NCBI GenBank assembly: GCA_963675755.2
Contig: CAXXMD010000003.1
Span: 2,272,001 to 2,336,000 of the forward strand
Reading direction: 5' to 3'
Source: a bacterium
GTDB taxonomy: Bacteria > Zhuqueibacterota > Zhuqueibacteria > Residuimicrobiales > Krinioviventaceae
Length of the DNA: 64,000 nt
The notes below the pieces were generated by a model that saw only the letters and a list, made by a program, of their open reading frames with translations, was not told where the DNA came from and ran no database searches. The number at the start of each line of letters is the position of its first letter. Positions within the stretch are counted from its first letter, which is position 1. Both the position numbers and the translations under genes were made by a program. Below are positions 36,653 through 47,379 of this stretch, one piece after another.

Positions 36653-38824
36653 TTATTTGGTTTGCATGTCAAACACACCATCCCAGTTTTGGGGAGTTGG
36701 GTGTTCCATAAAATATTGACATCGTTCGATAAACAGATTTGATGGAATGTCATTTTCTTTTTTTGCCAGTACTTTATTGAATTGAGATATGGCCTGCTGC
36801 CATTGTTTTTCTCGATAGTACTCGAGTCCGTCTGCATAGTCTTTTAACAATTGCCGTGTTTCTGCTGCAGGACCGTTTTCATTATATTTCAACAGTTCGT
36901 AAATACGCACCGGTTTGTGCTTGCCTTTAACACGGATCTGGTCCAGTTCGCGTACAACAAAGGCATCATCCAGTTCATTACGGGTATACTCGCTGATGAT
37001 AATAGATGTTCCATAACTGCGATTCACCCCTTCAAGTCGTGATGCCAGGTTTACGGAATCGCCAATTACTGTATAATCAAACCGCTCTGTTCCTCCAATG
37101 TTCCCTGCAATCATGCTGCCGGAATTGATACCCACCCGTGTATGAAACTGGGGTTTGCCGGCGTATTTCCATTTTTTACGTAATATTTCAAGTTCAGCCT
37201 GCATTTCCAGTGCTGCCCGACAAGCCCGTTTGGTATGGTCTGGCTGCTCAACCGGTACTCCAAAGATAGCCATTATGGCATCGCCCTCGTATTTGTCGAG
37301 ATAGCCTTCATATTTCAATATAATATTTGTCATTGCGGTAAGGTATTCATTAAGATGAGATACCATTTTTTCTGGCTGCATCGATTCTGAAATGGTAGTA
37401 AAACTTTCAATGTCTGTAAAAAGTGCTGTTGCATATTTTCTGTCACCACCCAATTTTAGTAAATCAGGGTTTTGCAGCATTTCATCAACTACCGATGCCG
37501 TAACATAATGCTTGAACATGTTTTTTAATTTCTGTTTGTCGCGTTCTTCGTGCATAAAACGGTACATGAATACAAACAGATAGGCCAGTAGTATAGCCAT
37601 CATGGGTCTGACCATTGCCATCCAATAACCGTATTTGCTAAACAAGGCAACCGAGAGATAAGCATAAAATCCCAATACTGCAATGGTAATGACGGAGCTT
37701 TTTAGCGGTTTAAGGTATATTCCGAAAAACGAGATCACAGCCGAGATGAGAATAATAATGACAACAGAGAAAAACAGGTTAGGTTGGCGAATAAAATTCT
37801 GGGTCAGAATATTATGGATGATATTCGCATGTATTTCAACACCCGGAAATGCATCCTGAAAGGGGACGGGGCGAATATCTGACAATCCTGCTGCTGAAGT
37901 GCCTACCAAAACAATGCGTCCGTTAAAGACTTCTTTGGGTACACGCTGCATCAGTACATCGTAATACGAGATGTATCTGAATGTTTGAAAGGTCCCCTGG
38001 TAATTGATGAGCATTTTCGTTTTTTCTTTCAGAGGAATCTGCAAGGCAGTCTGCCCTTCGGCACCGGGTGGATGGATCAACATCCCTTTAGAATTGAATT
38101 CTAAATCTTTGGTGCTGGCACCCAGGGCACCCAGAACAATTGACAAGGAAAACGACGGATACAGCCTGTCTGCAAATTTAATATACATGGGCATATAGCG
38201 GATTACACTGTCATTGTCCGGGGAGAAATTTGCATAGCCAACACCGGCAGCGCCATTGTACAGATCTACCATTTTTCCGTCAAAGCGGTCCATGGTAATA
38301 AAATCATAGTTGTATTGATTGGCGGGCAGGGTGAATCTATCAGCATTAAATCCTTCGGGGGGCGCATCCATGGGGTACAGGAACGCATCTGGCTCTGCTG
38401 ATGAAAAGGTCAATGCGTGATGAACGTTGGAATTGTTTATGGTCGCACTTAATAGCTCCTGATCTTCCGATTCGTCCCGCTGAGGCTCAAGGAACAAAAG
38501 GTCAAATCCAACAGCCAGAGCACCACCTTGTGTGGCATAATCAACTAGCCGGGCATGGTAAGTTCTTGGCCATTGGTTAAACTGACCCAATTTGTCCAGA
38601 CTTCGGTTATCTATGTCGATAATGATAATATCGTCGATAGGAGCGCCGTTTCGTTCCTGCCAGAGGGAACCCAGTCTGGCCAGGTAACGAATGTCGAGAG
38701 AACGTGATTCAAATGCATCAAATACACCGGGCCATAACCATAAAGTAATGGCCCAGACTGATGCCGAGGCCAAAATTCCGATTATGACTCCCCGGGCCAC
38801 GCGCTGAATAAAATTATCTGTCAT
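36653..38824 (-). CDS. CHASE2-domain class III adenylate/guanylate cyclase
   Basis: CHASE2 motifs (IDIDNRSL..LG..QWPR, PGVEIHAN), TMs, cyclase motifs FTDIESFT, DKYEGDAIMA, YTVIGDSVNLASRLE, and a TPR-like tail. The K/T specificity residues favour ATP. Confidence 0.92.
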   Translation of the reverse strand: MTDNFIQRVARGVIIGILASASVWAITLWLWPGVFDAFESRSLDIRYLARLGSLWQERNGAPIDDIIIIDIDNRSLDKLGQFNQWPRTYHARLVDYATQGGALAVGFDLLFLEPQRDESEDQELLSATINNSNVHHALTFSSAEPDAFLYPMDAPPEGFNADRFTLPANQYNYDFITMDRFDGKMVDLYNGAAGVGYANFSPDNDSVIRYMPMYIKFADRLYPSFSLSIVLGALGASTKDLEFNSKGMLIHPPGAEGQTALQIPLKEKTKMLINYQGTFQTFRYISYYDVLMQRVPKEVFNGRIVLVGTSAAGLSDIRPVPFQDAFPGVEIHANIIHNILTQNFIRQPNLFFSVVIIILISAVISFFGIYLKPLKSSVITIAVLGFYAYLSVALFSKYGYWMAMVRPMMAILLAYLFVFMYRFMHEERDKQKLKNMFKHYVTASVVDEMLQNPDLLKLGGDRKYATALFTDIESFTTISESMQPEKMVSHLNEYLTAMTNIILKYEGYLDKYEGDAIMAIFGVPVEQPDHTKRACRAALEMQAELEILRKKWKYAGKPQFHTRVGINSGSMIAGNIGGTERFDYTVIGDSVNLASRLEGVNRSYGTSIIISEYTRNELDDAFVVRELDQIRVKGKHKPVRIYELLKYNENGPAAETRQLLKDYADGLEYYREKQWQQAISQFNKVLAKKENDIPSNLFIERCQYFMEHPTPQNWDGVFDMQTK

Positions 38825-38848
38825 GCCAGCATCCGGATTTGAGTATAA

Positions 38849-40042
38849 TTATTTATACCATTCTGATTTGGGTGTATAGGCTGTATTCAAGCCACTTCTT
38901 TTTTTGTGTCTGTCAATGGCAAGTTGTACAAGCGTGTCTAAAAGTTCCCCGTATTCTACTCCAGTGGCCTGCCACAATTTGGGATACATACTGATCTGTG
39001 TAAATCCCGGTATGGTGTTAATTTCGTTCAGATAAAAAGTATCTGTATCTTTTTGCAATAAAAAGTCTACCCGGGCCATGCCGTCAACGCCAACCGCGAG
39101 AACGCTTTTAATTGCAGTATCCCGTATTGACTGTGATAGAACGTCTGACAAGGGGGCAGGAATCAGCAGGTCACTGCTGCCGTCAACGTATTTGGCGTCA
39201 TAATCATAAAATTCGTTCGAAGGAATGATTTCACCACATACCGATGCTTTGGGATACTCGTTACCCAGCACACTGACTTCAATTTCTCTTGCATTCAATA
39301 CAGCTTTTTCAATGACAACTTTGACATCATAATTTAAAGCGAGATTGATGGCAGCTTTTAATTCATTCCGGTCATGGGCTTTGGATATACCCACACTTGA
39401 ACCCATATTGGGGGGTTTTACAAATACAGGAAAGCCCAATGACTGCTCAACACGATCCAGAATACTCTCCTGGTCGAGATTGGCGATATGGTTTTGCAGT
39501 TCCGGTACTGTTGGATCTGATGGTGAATGGTTCCAGTCCACATCTCTAAACCAGACATAATTTGCAATGGGCAAGCCTGCCTGTTCGCATACCAGTTTTT
39601 GAGTGATTTTGTCCATGCTGAGTGATGAACCCAAAACACCTGCTCCGACGTAGGGAATGTTGGCAAGCTCAAGCAGACCCTGCAAGGTGCCGTCTTCGCC
39701 AAAGGTACCATGCAGAACCGGGAAAATAACATCCAATGCTTTTTCCTGACCCAATGCCGACAATCCGTTTGCATCGGTGGTAACCAGAGATCGAACAGTG
39801 GGATCAGGGGGTAAATAGACTTTGTTGCCTGTTTTATGTTCTTTTAATAATCCCAGAGCATTTTCTCCGGCCAGCCATTCGCCAACCGGAGAGATACCAA
39901 TAGGAATAATTTCATATTTTTCTGGATCGAGTGCTTTCATGACAGACCCTGCTGAAACAAGAGAAACCTCGTGTTCAGCAGACCTTCCGCCAAACAAAAC
40001 ACCGATCCGTATTTTTTGTGTCACAAACGACTCCAAATCCAA
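38849..40042 (-). CDS. ddl: D-alanine--D-alanine ligase
   Basis: FGGRSAEHEVS, LHGTFGEDG, GSSVGI, FYDYDAKY omega loop, NEINTIPG. Confidence 0.95.
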   Translation of the reverse strand: MDLESFVTQKIRIGVLFGGRSAEHEVSLVSAGSVMKALDPEKYEIIPIGISPVGEWLAGENALGLLKEHKTGNKVYLPPDPTVRSLVTTDANGLSALGQEKALDVIFPVLHGTFGEDGTLQGLLELANIPYVGAGVLGSSLSMDKITQKLVCEQAGLPIANYVWFRDVDWNHSPSDPTVPELQNHIANLDQESILDRVEQSLGFPVFVKPPNMGSSVGISKAHDRNELKAAINLALNYDVKVVIEKAVLNAREIEVSVLGNEYPKASVCGEIIPSNEFYDYDAKYVDGSSDLLIPAPLSDVLSQSIRDTAIKSVLAVGVDGMARVDFLLQKDTDTFYLNEINTIPGFTQISMYPKLWQATGVEYGELLDTLVQLAIDRHKKRSGLNTAYTPKSEWYK

Positions 40043-40044
40043 AA

Positions 40045-41859
40045 TTAAGCGTAAAGCGGTCCAAAATTCTCACAAGCACGGAAATCTGCGCCTTCAGGAG
40101 AATCTGTTCCAAATGATGACCACGCACTGGGTCTGAAAATGCGTTCAGGTTCAACATTGTGCATGTTGACCGGAATTCTCAACATCGAAGCCAGGGTGAT
40201 CAATTTATCTCCAATATGACCGTAACTGATTGCGCCATGGTTGGCACCCCAGTTTGCCATTACGCTGTATACATCTACAAAGGGGCCTTTACCGGTCAGC
40301 TTGGGAGCAAACCAGGTGGTTGGCCATGTGGGATCCGTACGACGATCCAGAACGGTGTGAATATCATCGGGAAGGTCAACAGTGTAGCCTTCTGCAATCT
40401 GCAATACCGGTCCCAAACCTTTTACCAGGTTAATACGGCTCATGGTTACAGGCATTTCGCCAACGGTTTTAAATTGTGAAGAATAACCGCCGCCACGGAA
40501 ATAACCCAGGTTAGCCGGACACCATTGGGTTGCATCCAGACATTCGCCAACTTCTTCCGGAGTGATTTCCCAAAAGGGTTTCATTGCCGATTCGCCATCT
40601 TTTTTCTGACGACCGGTACCATCCAGAGTGGTTGAGCCCGAGTTGATCAGGTGGATAATTCCGTCTTTGGCTTTACCAGAAAGCGCTTTGCCGGTCACGC
40701 GTTTAACCGCATCCGGACTCCAATAGGTACGAACATCGGAGAAAATTTGTGCGGTATCTGTTAACAAGTGTCCAAACAGCATGGAAACACCGTTTAAGCA
40801 GTCATTTTCAGTTGCCATGATATACGCTTCACGGATGCCGTTCCAGTCAAAGGATGAATTGAGAATGGATTCAAGAAAATCACCATTTGGTAAATAATCG
40901 GTCCACTGACGTTGTCCCTGGAAACCTGCTGCAATGGCATTGTGACCCAGTGCTTCTTCGCCATAACCCATATCAGCCAATTTGGGATTACCAATCATCA
41001 AGTCACGGGCAATCAGGGTCATTTTTATTACATATTCCCATTCCCAGTCTTTGAGTTTACGGTCATGTTTTTTATCATCGTCATTCAGGTCTTCACCTTC
41101 AGGACAGTTGGTTTTAACCCATTTTAATGCTTTTTCATATTCTTCTTTATCGTAAATACCCTGTTCAATACGACGGATAAATTCTGTTGATTCAACAGAT
41201 TCGTTTCGCATGCCCAGATAATCCTGGAAAAAGCTCTGGTCTACAATGGATCCAGCAATACCCATGGATACACCACCGATTGCCAGATATGATTTGTTAC
41301 GCATTTCTGCAACAGCCAGACCTGCTTTAACAAAATTCAAAAGTTTGCTCTTGACATCATCGGGTACACTGGTATCATCATTGTCTTGTACATCATGACC
41401 ATAGATACTGAATGCCGGAAGACCTTTTTGGGTATAACCTGCCAATGCAGCAGCCAGATAAACCGCACCCGGACGTTCAGTACCATTAAAACCCCAAACC
41501 GCTTTTGGCATCAATGGATCAGTATCCATAACTTCGGTACCATAACACCAGCAAGGGGTAACTGTAAGAGAAACACCAACACCTTCACGAGCAAATTTTT
41601 CCGCACATTCTGCAGCTTCTGCAACACGGCCAATAGTTGTATCGGCAATAACGCATTCAACCGGTAACCCATTGGGATGACGCAAGTTTTCTGTAATCAG
41701 TTTTGCTGCCGCTTTTGCCATATTCATGGTCTGATCTTCCAAAGACTCGCGTACACCGTTCATGCGACCATCGATAACAGGTCGAATGCCAACCTTGGGA
41801 AGTGAACCGCGCAAACGTTTTTGCGGTGCATTCATTTTAATATCACTTGTCTGTGCCAT
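40045..41859 (-). CDS. fucI: L-fucose isomerase
   Basis: [48 protein letters not shown]. Confidence 0.95.
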   Translation of the reverse strand: MAQTSDIKMNAPQKRLRGSLPKVGIRPVIDGRMNGVRESLEDQTMNMAKAAAKLITENLRHPNGLPVECVIADTTIGRVAEAAECAEKFAREGVGVSLTVTPCWCYGTEVMDTDPLMPKAVWGFNGTERPGAVYLAAALAGYTQKGLPAFSIYGHDVQDNDDTSVPDDVKSKLLNFVKAGLAVAEMRNKSYLAIGGVSMGIAGSIVDQSFFQDYLGMRNESVESTEFIRRIEQGIYDKEEYEKALKWVKTNCPEGEDLNDDDKKHDRKLKDWEWEYVIKMTLIARDLMIGNPKLADMGYGEEALGHNAIAAGFQGQRQWTDYLPNGDFLESILNSSFDWNGIREAYIMATENDCLNGVSMLFGHLLTDTAQIFSDVRTYWSPDAVKRVTGKALSGKAKDGIIHLINSGSTTLDGTGRQKKDGESAMKPFWEITPEEVGECLDATQWCPANLGYFRGGGYSSQFKTVGEMPVTMSRINLVKGLGPVLQIAEGYTVDLPDDIHTVLDRRTDPTWPTTWFAPKLTGKGPFVDVYSVMANWGANHGAISYGHIGDKLITLASMLRIPVNMHNVEPERIFRPSAWSSFGTDSPEGADFRACENFGPLYA

Positions 41860-41988
41860 CTGTTATTCTCCGTTTATTTATAATTTCAAGCCATTTTTTT
41901 CTATTCTTAAATTAAACCATTTATTGTGATTTACAAGGGAAAATATTGCTTTGATTTGCGTTTGGTTTGCTTTTAAATAAAGTTTTTC

Positions 41989-42017
41989 TTGAATGCAATT
42001 TGGGTTAATATTATATT
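41989..42017 (+). promoter_or_regulatory. Sigma70-like promoter for the TonB receptor - MarR operon
   Basis: TTGAAT-N17-TATATT, 39 nt before the start codon. Confidence 0.55.
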
Positions 42018-42033
42018 TCGTAATTACGAAATA
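42014..42033. promoter_or_regulatory. Perfect 20-bp palindrome, candidate MarR operator
   Basis: TATTTCGTAA/TTACGAAATA, overlapping the -10 box and the predicted transcription start. Confidence 0.65.
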
Positions 42034-42055
42034 AATTAATGGGCGAGGTAACACG

Positions 42056-44194
42056 ATGAGATATATCCGGACAGTCGCAGTATATATATTAATTTTTGCA
42101 AGTATGGGGCTTTGTGATATTCAGGGAGTCGTTAAAGATGCTTTAACACGTTTGCCCCTTGAAAATACAAATATAACAATAGAAGGAACCGAGCGGGGTA
42201 CGATTACCGATAAAAATGGTTATTATCATTTAGAGAATGCTCCCACCGGAAAATTGAGCATTAAAGCCAGTTATATGGGCTATGAAAACCTGATTCGAGT
42301 TGTGGATGTTCAATCAAAAGATGTTTTATTAGACTTTGATCTGTCAAAAGATATTTTTTATACACAGCAGGTTGTAGTTACCGCAACGCGTAATTTGACC
42401 TATAATCATGATGTTCCTGTTGTTACAGAGCTAGTGACGCGAGCTGATATTGAAGAGCGGGGTGCAGAAAATGTATCGGAAGCGATTCAAGATCGTGCGG
42501 GACTTTTGATGACCAGCAGTGCATCAACCGGTCAAAATGTGAATATAAATGGAATTGATGCCAAGCACATTCTTGTTTTGGAAGATGGAATTCCGGTAGC
42601 CGGCAAGGTAAATAACCGCATTGATCTCAGTCAATTGGGAACATACAATGTTGACCATATCGAGATTGTCAAGGGGCCCGGATCCGCGCTTTATGGAACC
42701 GAAGCCATGGGTGGAGTAATCAATGTTATTACGAATCCTGTAATGGAGGGGATGAATTTAAATGCTCACGGTAAATATGGTACCGGTGACCTGATGAGTG
42801 GTCATTTTACACTTTCGGGAGGCTCACAAAAAGCCGGCTATGCCTTTGGGGTTGTGCATACCCAGGGTGGTATTGAACAAAATGAAGCCTTTGTTGATAT
42901 TTCAAATATCAATAATGAAGGCTTTAATACCAAATTACGCTGGAGCAGCGAGCAATGGGGTGATTTGGTTCTGAAAGGAGATATGCGGTCCGACGATTTG
43001 GAATACAACTCTACCGACAGTTATGGCCTGGATTATACCTTTAATTCTCAGGCAGACCGAAGAAATATTAGCATGATGTGGAACCATCAGTATGATAACC
43101 TGAGCTGGCGCATCAACGGATTCGGGTCCGATTATATTAAGGAATTAAAAAGCGAAATCATGAACAAAGAGGTATTGCAATATATACCGGTTCCGGTTTC
43201 TGCTGTAACTATAGATACAACAACAGAAATGCTGCTGGGAGCAAAATCAGATTTTACCTATACATTTTCAGAAAGATATTCCATTGACTGGGGGTATGAC
43301 TATATTCAGGATACCTATGAATCTGACCGTATCTATAACGAAATTGAACGCGATCAGCATGGTGTGTTTGCCCAGTTGAATGTTCGTCCTGTTTCGCGTT
43401 TCAAGATTGTTGCCGGTGGACGATATGACAAGGTTACGGATGTGGATGGCTTTTTCAGTCCCCGTATCAGCGGTATGTACAATCTAACCCCGGATCTAAA
43501 ACTTCGTGCATCGTGGGGAAAAGGTTTCCGCTTACCCTCTTTTACGGACTTGTATATTAATTACTTTGTTCCTTTTGGTTCCGGTTTCTTTATTCAGGGG
43601 AATCCTGATCTGAAACCTGAAGAATCAACAGGATTCAATGCCGGCTTTGAATATTTACTGACACAAAAAATGATGCTTACAGTAATGGGATTCAGGAACG
43701 AATTTGAAAATCTCATAAACGATACCATGCTGTCACCGGGTGTAATCAGTTATAGAAATATCGACAAGGCAACCTATTCCGGAGCAGAGTTGCAGGCGCG
43801 TTATTACCTGATGAAGAATTTAACAACTGTCATTGCATACAATTACTCCAATGTAGACCAGGAAGCAGGCAAGTATACTGTAACCAATATTGCACCGCAT
43901 ACGGCATCGTTCAGGGTAGAGTATAGAATGTTTGCAAATAAACTCAGTTTGTCTGTACGAGATCAATTTTGGGGCAAACATGATGTGCAGATATTTGACA
44001 CAGATGCGGGTGAGTATATTGACGCATTACAAAAGCATGATACCTATAATCTGTTAGACTTTTCTGCAAATTATATATTGAACAGAAATATCAGTGTTCG
44101 TGCCGGTGTAACCAATCTTACTGATTATAAAGACAAGATTTATGGTCCGTTTGTTGGACGCCGGGTATTTATTACTTTTGATTATAACATTTAA
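42056..44194 (+). CDS. TonB-dependent receptor (CirA/HmuR/BtuB-like) with N-terminal carboxypeptidase-regulatory-like domain
   Basis: VVVTATR TonB box, plug IEIVKGPGSALYG.EAMGGVINVIT, and FRLP...GNPDLKPE motif. Confidence 0.92.
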   Translation: MRYIRTVAVYILIFASMGLCDIQGVVKDALTRLPLENTNITIEGTERGTITDKNGYYHLENAPTGKLSIKASYMGYENLIRVVDVQSKDVLLDFDLSKDIFYTQQVVVTATRNLTYNHDVPVVTELVTRADIEERGAENVSEAIQDRAGLLMTSSASTGQNVNINGIDAKHILVLEDGIPVAGKVNNRIDLSQLGTYNVDHIEIVKGPGSALYGTEAMGGVINVITNPVMEGMNLNAHGKYGTGDLMSGHFTLSGGSQKAGYAFGVVHTQGGIEQNEAFVDISNINNEGFNTKLRWSSEQWGDLVLKGDMRSDDLEYNSTDSYGLDYTFNSQADRRNISMMWNHQYDNLSWRINGFGSDYIKELKSEIMNKEVLQYIPVPVSAVTIDTTTEMLLGAKSDFTYTFSERYSIDWGYDYIQDTYESDRIYNEIERDQHGVFAQLNVRPVSRFKIVAGGRYDKVTDVDGFFSPRISGMYNLTPDLKLRASWGKGFRLPSFTDLYINYFVPFGSGFFIQGNPDLKPEESTGFNAGFEYLLTQKMMLTVMGFRNEFENLINDTMLSPGVISYRNIDKATYSGAELQARYYLMKNLTTVIAYNYSNVDQEAGKYTVTNIAPHTASFRVEYRMFANKLSLSVRDQFWGKHDVQIFDTDAGEYIDALQKHDTYNLLDFSANYILNRNISVRAGVTNLTDYKDKIYGPFVGRRVFITFDYNI

Positions 44195-44200
44195 GGGATT

Positions 44201-44644
44201 ATGTCTAAATTTGAAGCAGAGAGGCTGGCCCGGGTTGCGCCCAAAATAATGGGCGCATTTCACCACCTTGGCCGAAAACATTCAGATGGTGAACATTTAA
44301 CCATGCGTCAATACCAGGCCATGATAATCATTAGTGCCAGTGAGCAATTATCAATATCTGATTTTTGCAAGCAACTTGGCCTGGCGGCATCCACCGGAAC
44401 CGAATTGGCAAATAGAATGGTGGAATCCGGGTATTTTGTCAAGTCGCAAAATGGTCCTGATCGCAGGCAGTCATATCTGGAATTGTCGGAGGATGGAACC
44501 AAGGTATTGCGTAAAAGACAAGAAGATATGATTGAATTGTTTGATAAACTTCTTGAACCGTTAGAAGACAAGGAACAAAAACTATTAACAGAATCATTTG
44601 AAACCATCTGGCAAATACTTGGTAAATATTACAACCATTCCTGA
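44201..44644 (+). CDS. MarR-family transcriptional regulator
   Basis: LTMRQY, winged HTH, and the DRR...L.LSEDG wing motif. Confidence 0.9.
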   Translation: MSKFEAERLARVAPKIMGAFHHLGRKHSDGEHLTMRQYQAMIIISASEQLSISDFCKQLGLAASTGTELANRMVESGYFVKSQNGPDRRQSYLELSEDGTKVLRKRQEDMIELFDKLLEPLEDKEQKLLTESFETIWQILGKYYNHS

Positions 44645-44711
44645 GTTTTATGCATAGAATCAGACCATTGCAGGAATATATCTTTCTGGATCTTCTTAAC
44701 ACAACTTTTAA

Positions 44712-44740
44712 TTGCATTTACTCTTTCATGTTGTTACATT
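44712..44740 (+). promoter_or_regulatory. Sigma70-like promoter for mtaB-miaB
   Basis: TTGCAT-N17-TACATT, 27 nt before the mtaB start. Confidence 0.45.
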
Positions 44741-44766
44741 TACTGTTTATGTAATATTGGTACAGT

Positions 44767-46047
44767 ATGAATAAATCAGTTTCTTTTTTTACAATAGGGT
44801 GCCGGTTAAATCAGGCCGAAACCGCAATTTTACAACAGGCGTTTGAACAGGAAGGATTTACCTATGTAAATTTTGGTCAGACTTCAGATCTGGTTGTTGT
44901 TAACACCTGCACCGTTACCGAGAATGGTGATGCCGAAACACGTAAAGTTGTGAATCGGATTCGAAGGGATAACCCGCAAGCTCAAATAGCACTGGTGGGG
45001 TGCCAGGCGCAGACGCAGAAAGAAAAGCTTTTGGATTTGCCAGGGGTTTCGTGGGTTGTTGGTAATGAGATCAAGATGGATTTACCCCGTTTTCTTTTAG
45101 ACCATTTGAATGAACCGGGAGTATTTACACCCCGTATTCAGCGTAAAAGTTTTACAATCCCCGTTGCCGGCATTGATAGAAAGCACACACGCGCCAACCT
45201 AAAGATACAAGACGGCTGTGATTACTTTTGCAGCTATTGTGAAATTCCTTTTGCCCGTGGATTGGCCCGTAGTCGTGTGTTTGATGATCTTGTGCACGAG
45301 GCGGGTATTCTTGCTCAGGCGGGGCATAAAGAACTTGTGCTAACCGGCATTAATGTAGGCACCTATTCTTATGAAGGTAAAAACATTGCGGATGTTATTG
45401 CCGCTCTTGATAAAGTCCCCGGGCTTGAACGTATACGTATTTCATCTATCGAAGCCACAACTTTGCCAGGGGACTTGATAGAATTTATGGCAAAAGATCG
45501 AAAGCTGTGCAGATTTTTACATATTTCTCTTCAGAGTGGAAGTGACAAAATTCTGGAATTGATGAATCGTAAATATACCTTAAAAGAATATGCTGACTTT
45601 ATTAATCTTGCTTACACTCAGGTGCAGGATATATGTCTGGGAACTGATGTAATCGTTGGGTTTCCCGGCGAAACGGATTCTGATTTTGATGATACTTTTG
45701 AATATATGAAATCCCTGCCTTTGACATATTTTCATGTGTTCAGTTATTCAGACAGAGACCATGCAAGAAGCCGCAAGTTTTCAGGCAAAGTTGATAAAGA
45801 TACCATAAAGAAACGTAATCAGATATTACGTGATTTGTCTAAAGAGAAAAGAAAGAAATACCTGAATAACCAGGTTGGTAAAACCGAGCTTGTTTTGTTT
45901 GAGCATAAAAAAAAGGGCCTTTGGCAGGGACATACCGATACTTTTATTCATGTCAAAGTGGAATCGGATTTGGATTTGTATAACCGGATTGTTCCGGTCG
46001 AGTTGGATAATGTTAATGATCAGTTTATGACAGGTAAAATTTTATGA
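44767..46047 (+). CDS. mtaB: tRNA t6A37 methylthiotransferase MtaB
   Basis: TIGCRLNQAET, NTCTVT, LKIQDGCDYFCSYCEIP radical-SAM motif, RIRISSIE, HVFSYS, TRAM domain. Confidence 0.9.
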   Translation: MNKSVSFFTIGCRLNQAETAILQQAFEQEGFTYVNFGQTSDLVVVNTCTVTENGDAETRKVVNRIRRDNPQAQIALVGCQAQTQKEKLLDLPGVSWVVGNEIKMDLPRFLLDHLNEPGVFTPRIQRKSFTIPVAGIDRKHTRANLKIQDGCDYFCSYCEIPFARGLARSRVFDDLVHEAGILAQAGHKELVLTGINVGTYSYEGKNIADVIAALDKVPGLERIRISSIEATTLPGDLIEFMAKDRKLCRFLHISLQSGSDKILELMNRKYTLKEYADFINLAYTQVQDICLGTDVIVGFPGETDSDFDDTFEYMKSLPLTYFHVFSYSDRDHARSRKFSGKVDKDTIKKRNQILRDLSKEKRKKYLNNQVGKTELVLFEHKKKGLWQGHTDTFIHVKVESDLDLYNRIVPVELDNVNDQFMTGKIL

Positions 46048-47345
46048 CCCGTGTATATATAGAAACCTACGGCTGCCAGATGAACGAATATGATACCGAG
46101 ATTGCTCAGGCCGTATTAAAGGATGATGGTTTTGCTCTGGCCGAAACCCCTCAAGATGCTGAAATTGTGTTGTTGAATACCTGCTCTGTGCGGGAGAACG
46201 CTAACCGTAAAATTTATGGTCGCGTTCATGCCCTGCGGCATATTAAATCCGATCTCAAGATTGGGATTATGGGATGTATGGCAACCAATTTTAAGGAAAA
46301 GCTGCTTGAAAACAACAATCTGGGAATTGATTTTGTTATCGGGCCGGATAGTTATAGAAAAATTGGTCAAATTTTATCCAATTCAAAAGAGAACCCGGAT
46401 GAGGGTTTTGACGTTAAACTCTCAAAGACGGAAACGTATGAAGACATTTATCCGATTCGTCAGAATGGTGTTAACGCATGGATTGCAGTAATGCGTGGAT
46501 GCAATAACTTTTGTTCTTTTTGTGTAGTGCCTTATACGCGTGGTCGGGAGCGAAGCCGTTCTCCTCAGAGTGTAGTTAAAGAAACAGAGCAGCTGGTTAA
46601 GGAAGGTTTTAAGCAGGTAACGCTATTGGGGCAGAACGTGAATTCATATCAATACCAGGATCAGACATTTGCAGATCTTTTGAAAATAGTTAGCCAGGTT
46701 GATGGTATTGAACGAATCCGGTTTACTTCTCCGCATCCCAAAGATTTTCCTCTGGATTTGATCAATGTCATGGCAGAGAATGAAAAGATATGCAAGCATA
46801 TACATTTACCCTTGCAGGCAGGAAACAGCCGCATTCTGGATGTTATGCGTAGAACATATACCAAAGAAGAGTATTTAAAACTTGTTGATGATATCCGCAA
46901 TGTGATTCCAAATGTAGTATTAACAACTGATATCATCATAGGCTTTCCAACAGAAACGGATGATGAATTTCAGGATACCGTGGATGTGATGCAAAAAGTA
47001 GAGTATGATTCTGCTTTTATTTTCAAGTATTCGGAACGAGAGGGCACACTGGCTGCCAAAAAGTTTGATGATGACGTTCCGGAAGAGATTAAAACCGAAC
47101 GGATTATGTTGTTGAATGAAATCCAAAAGGCACATTCATTGAAAAAGAACCTTGCCCATGTAGGCGAAACACAACGGGTATTGATAGAAAGTGAAGAAAC
47201 CAAAAAGTCTGATCAGGATGTGCAGGGCAGGAATGATGGAAACAAGCTGGTGATTATTCCGCAAAATGGATACAAAATCGGTCAGTTTGTTGATGTTAAA
47301 ATAACAGACGCAACAGCGCATGTTTTAAAAGGCAGCGTTGTTTGA
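46044..47345 (+). CDS. miaB: tRNA i6A37 methylthiotransferase MiaB
   Basis: ETYGCQMNEYD, NTCSVRE, GCNNFCSFCVVPYTRG, LLGQNVNSY, RFTSPHP, TRAM domain. ATGA overlap with mtaB. Confidence 0.93.
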   Translation: MTRVYIETYGCQMNEYDTEIAQAVLKDDGFALAETPQDAEIVLLNTCSVRENANRKIYGRVHALRHIKSDLKIGIMGCMATNFKEKLLENNNLGIDFVIGPDSYRKIGQILSNSKENPDEGFDVKLSKTETYEDIYPIRQNGVNAWIAVMRGCNNFCSFCVVPYTRGRERSRSPQSVVKETEQLVKEGFKQVTLLGQNVNSYQYQDQTFADLLKIVSQVDGIERIRFTSPHPKDFPLDLINVMAENEKICKHIHLPLQAGNSRILDVMRRTYTKEEYLKLVDDIRNVIPNVVLTTDIIIGFPTETDDEFQDTVDVMQKVEYDSAFIFKYSEREGTLAAKKFDDDVPEEIKTERIMLLNEIQKAHSLKKNLAHVGETQRVLIESEETKKSDQDVQGRNDGNKLVIIPQNGYKIGQFVDVKITDATAHVLKGSVV

Positions 47346-47379
47346 TATAATATTCTAATCAATTGATGGAGTGATTCGG

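Noticed and set aside
38849-40042. Ddl as a Van-type D-Ala-D-Lac ligase
   Set aside because: The omega loop FYDYDAKY is of the D-Ala-D-Ala type and there are no vanH/vanX neighbours.
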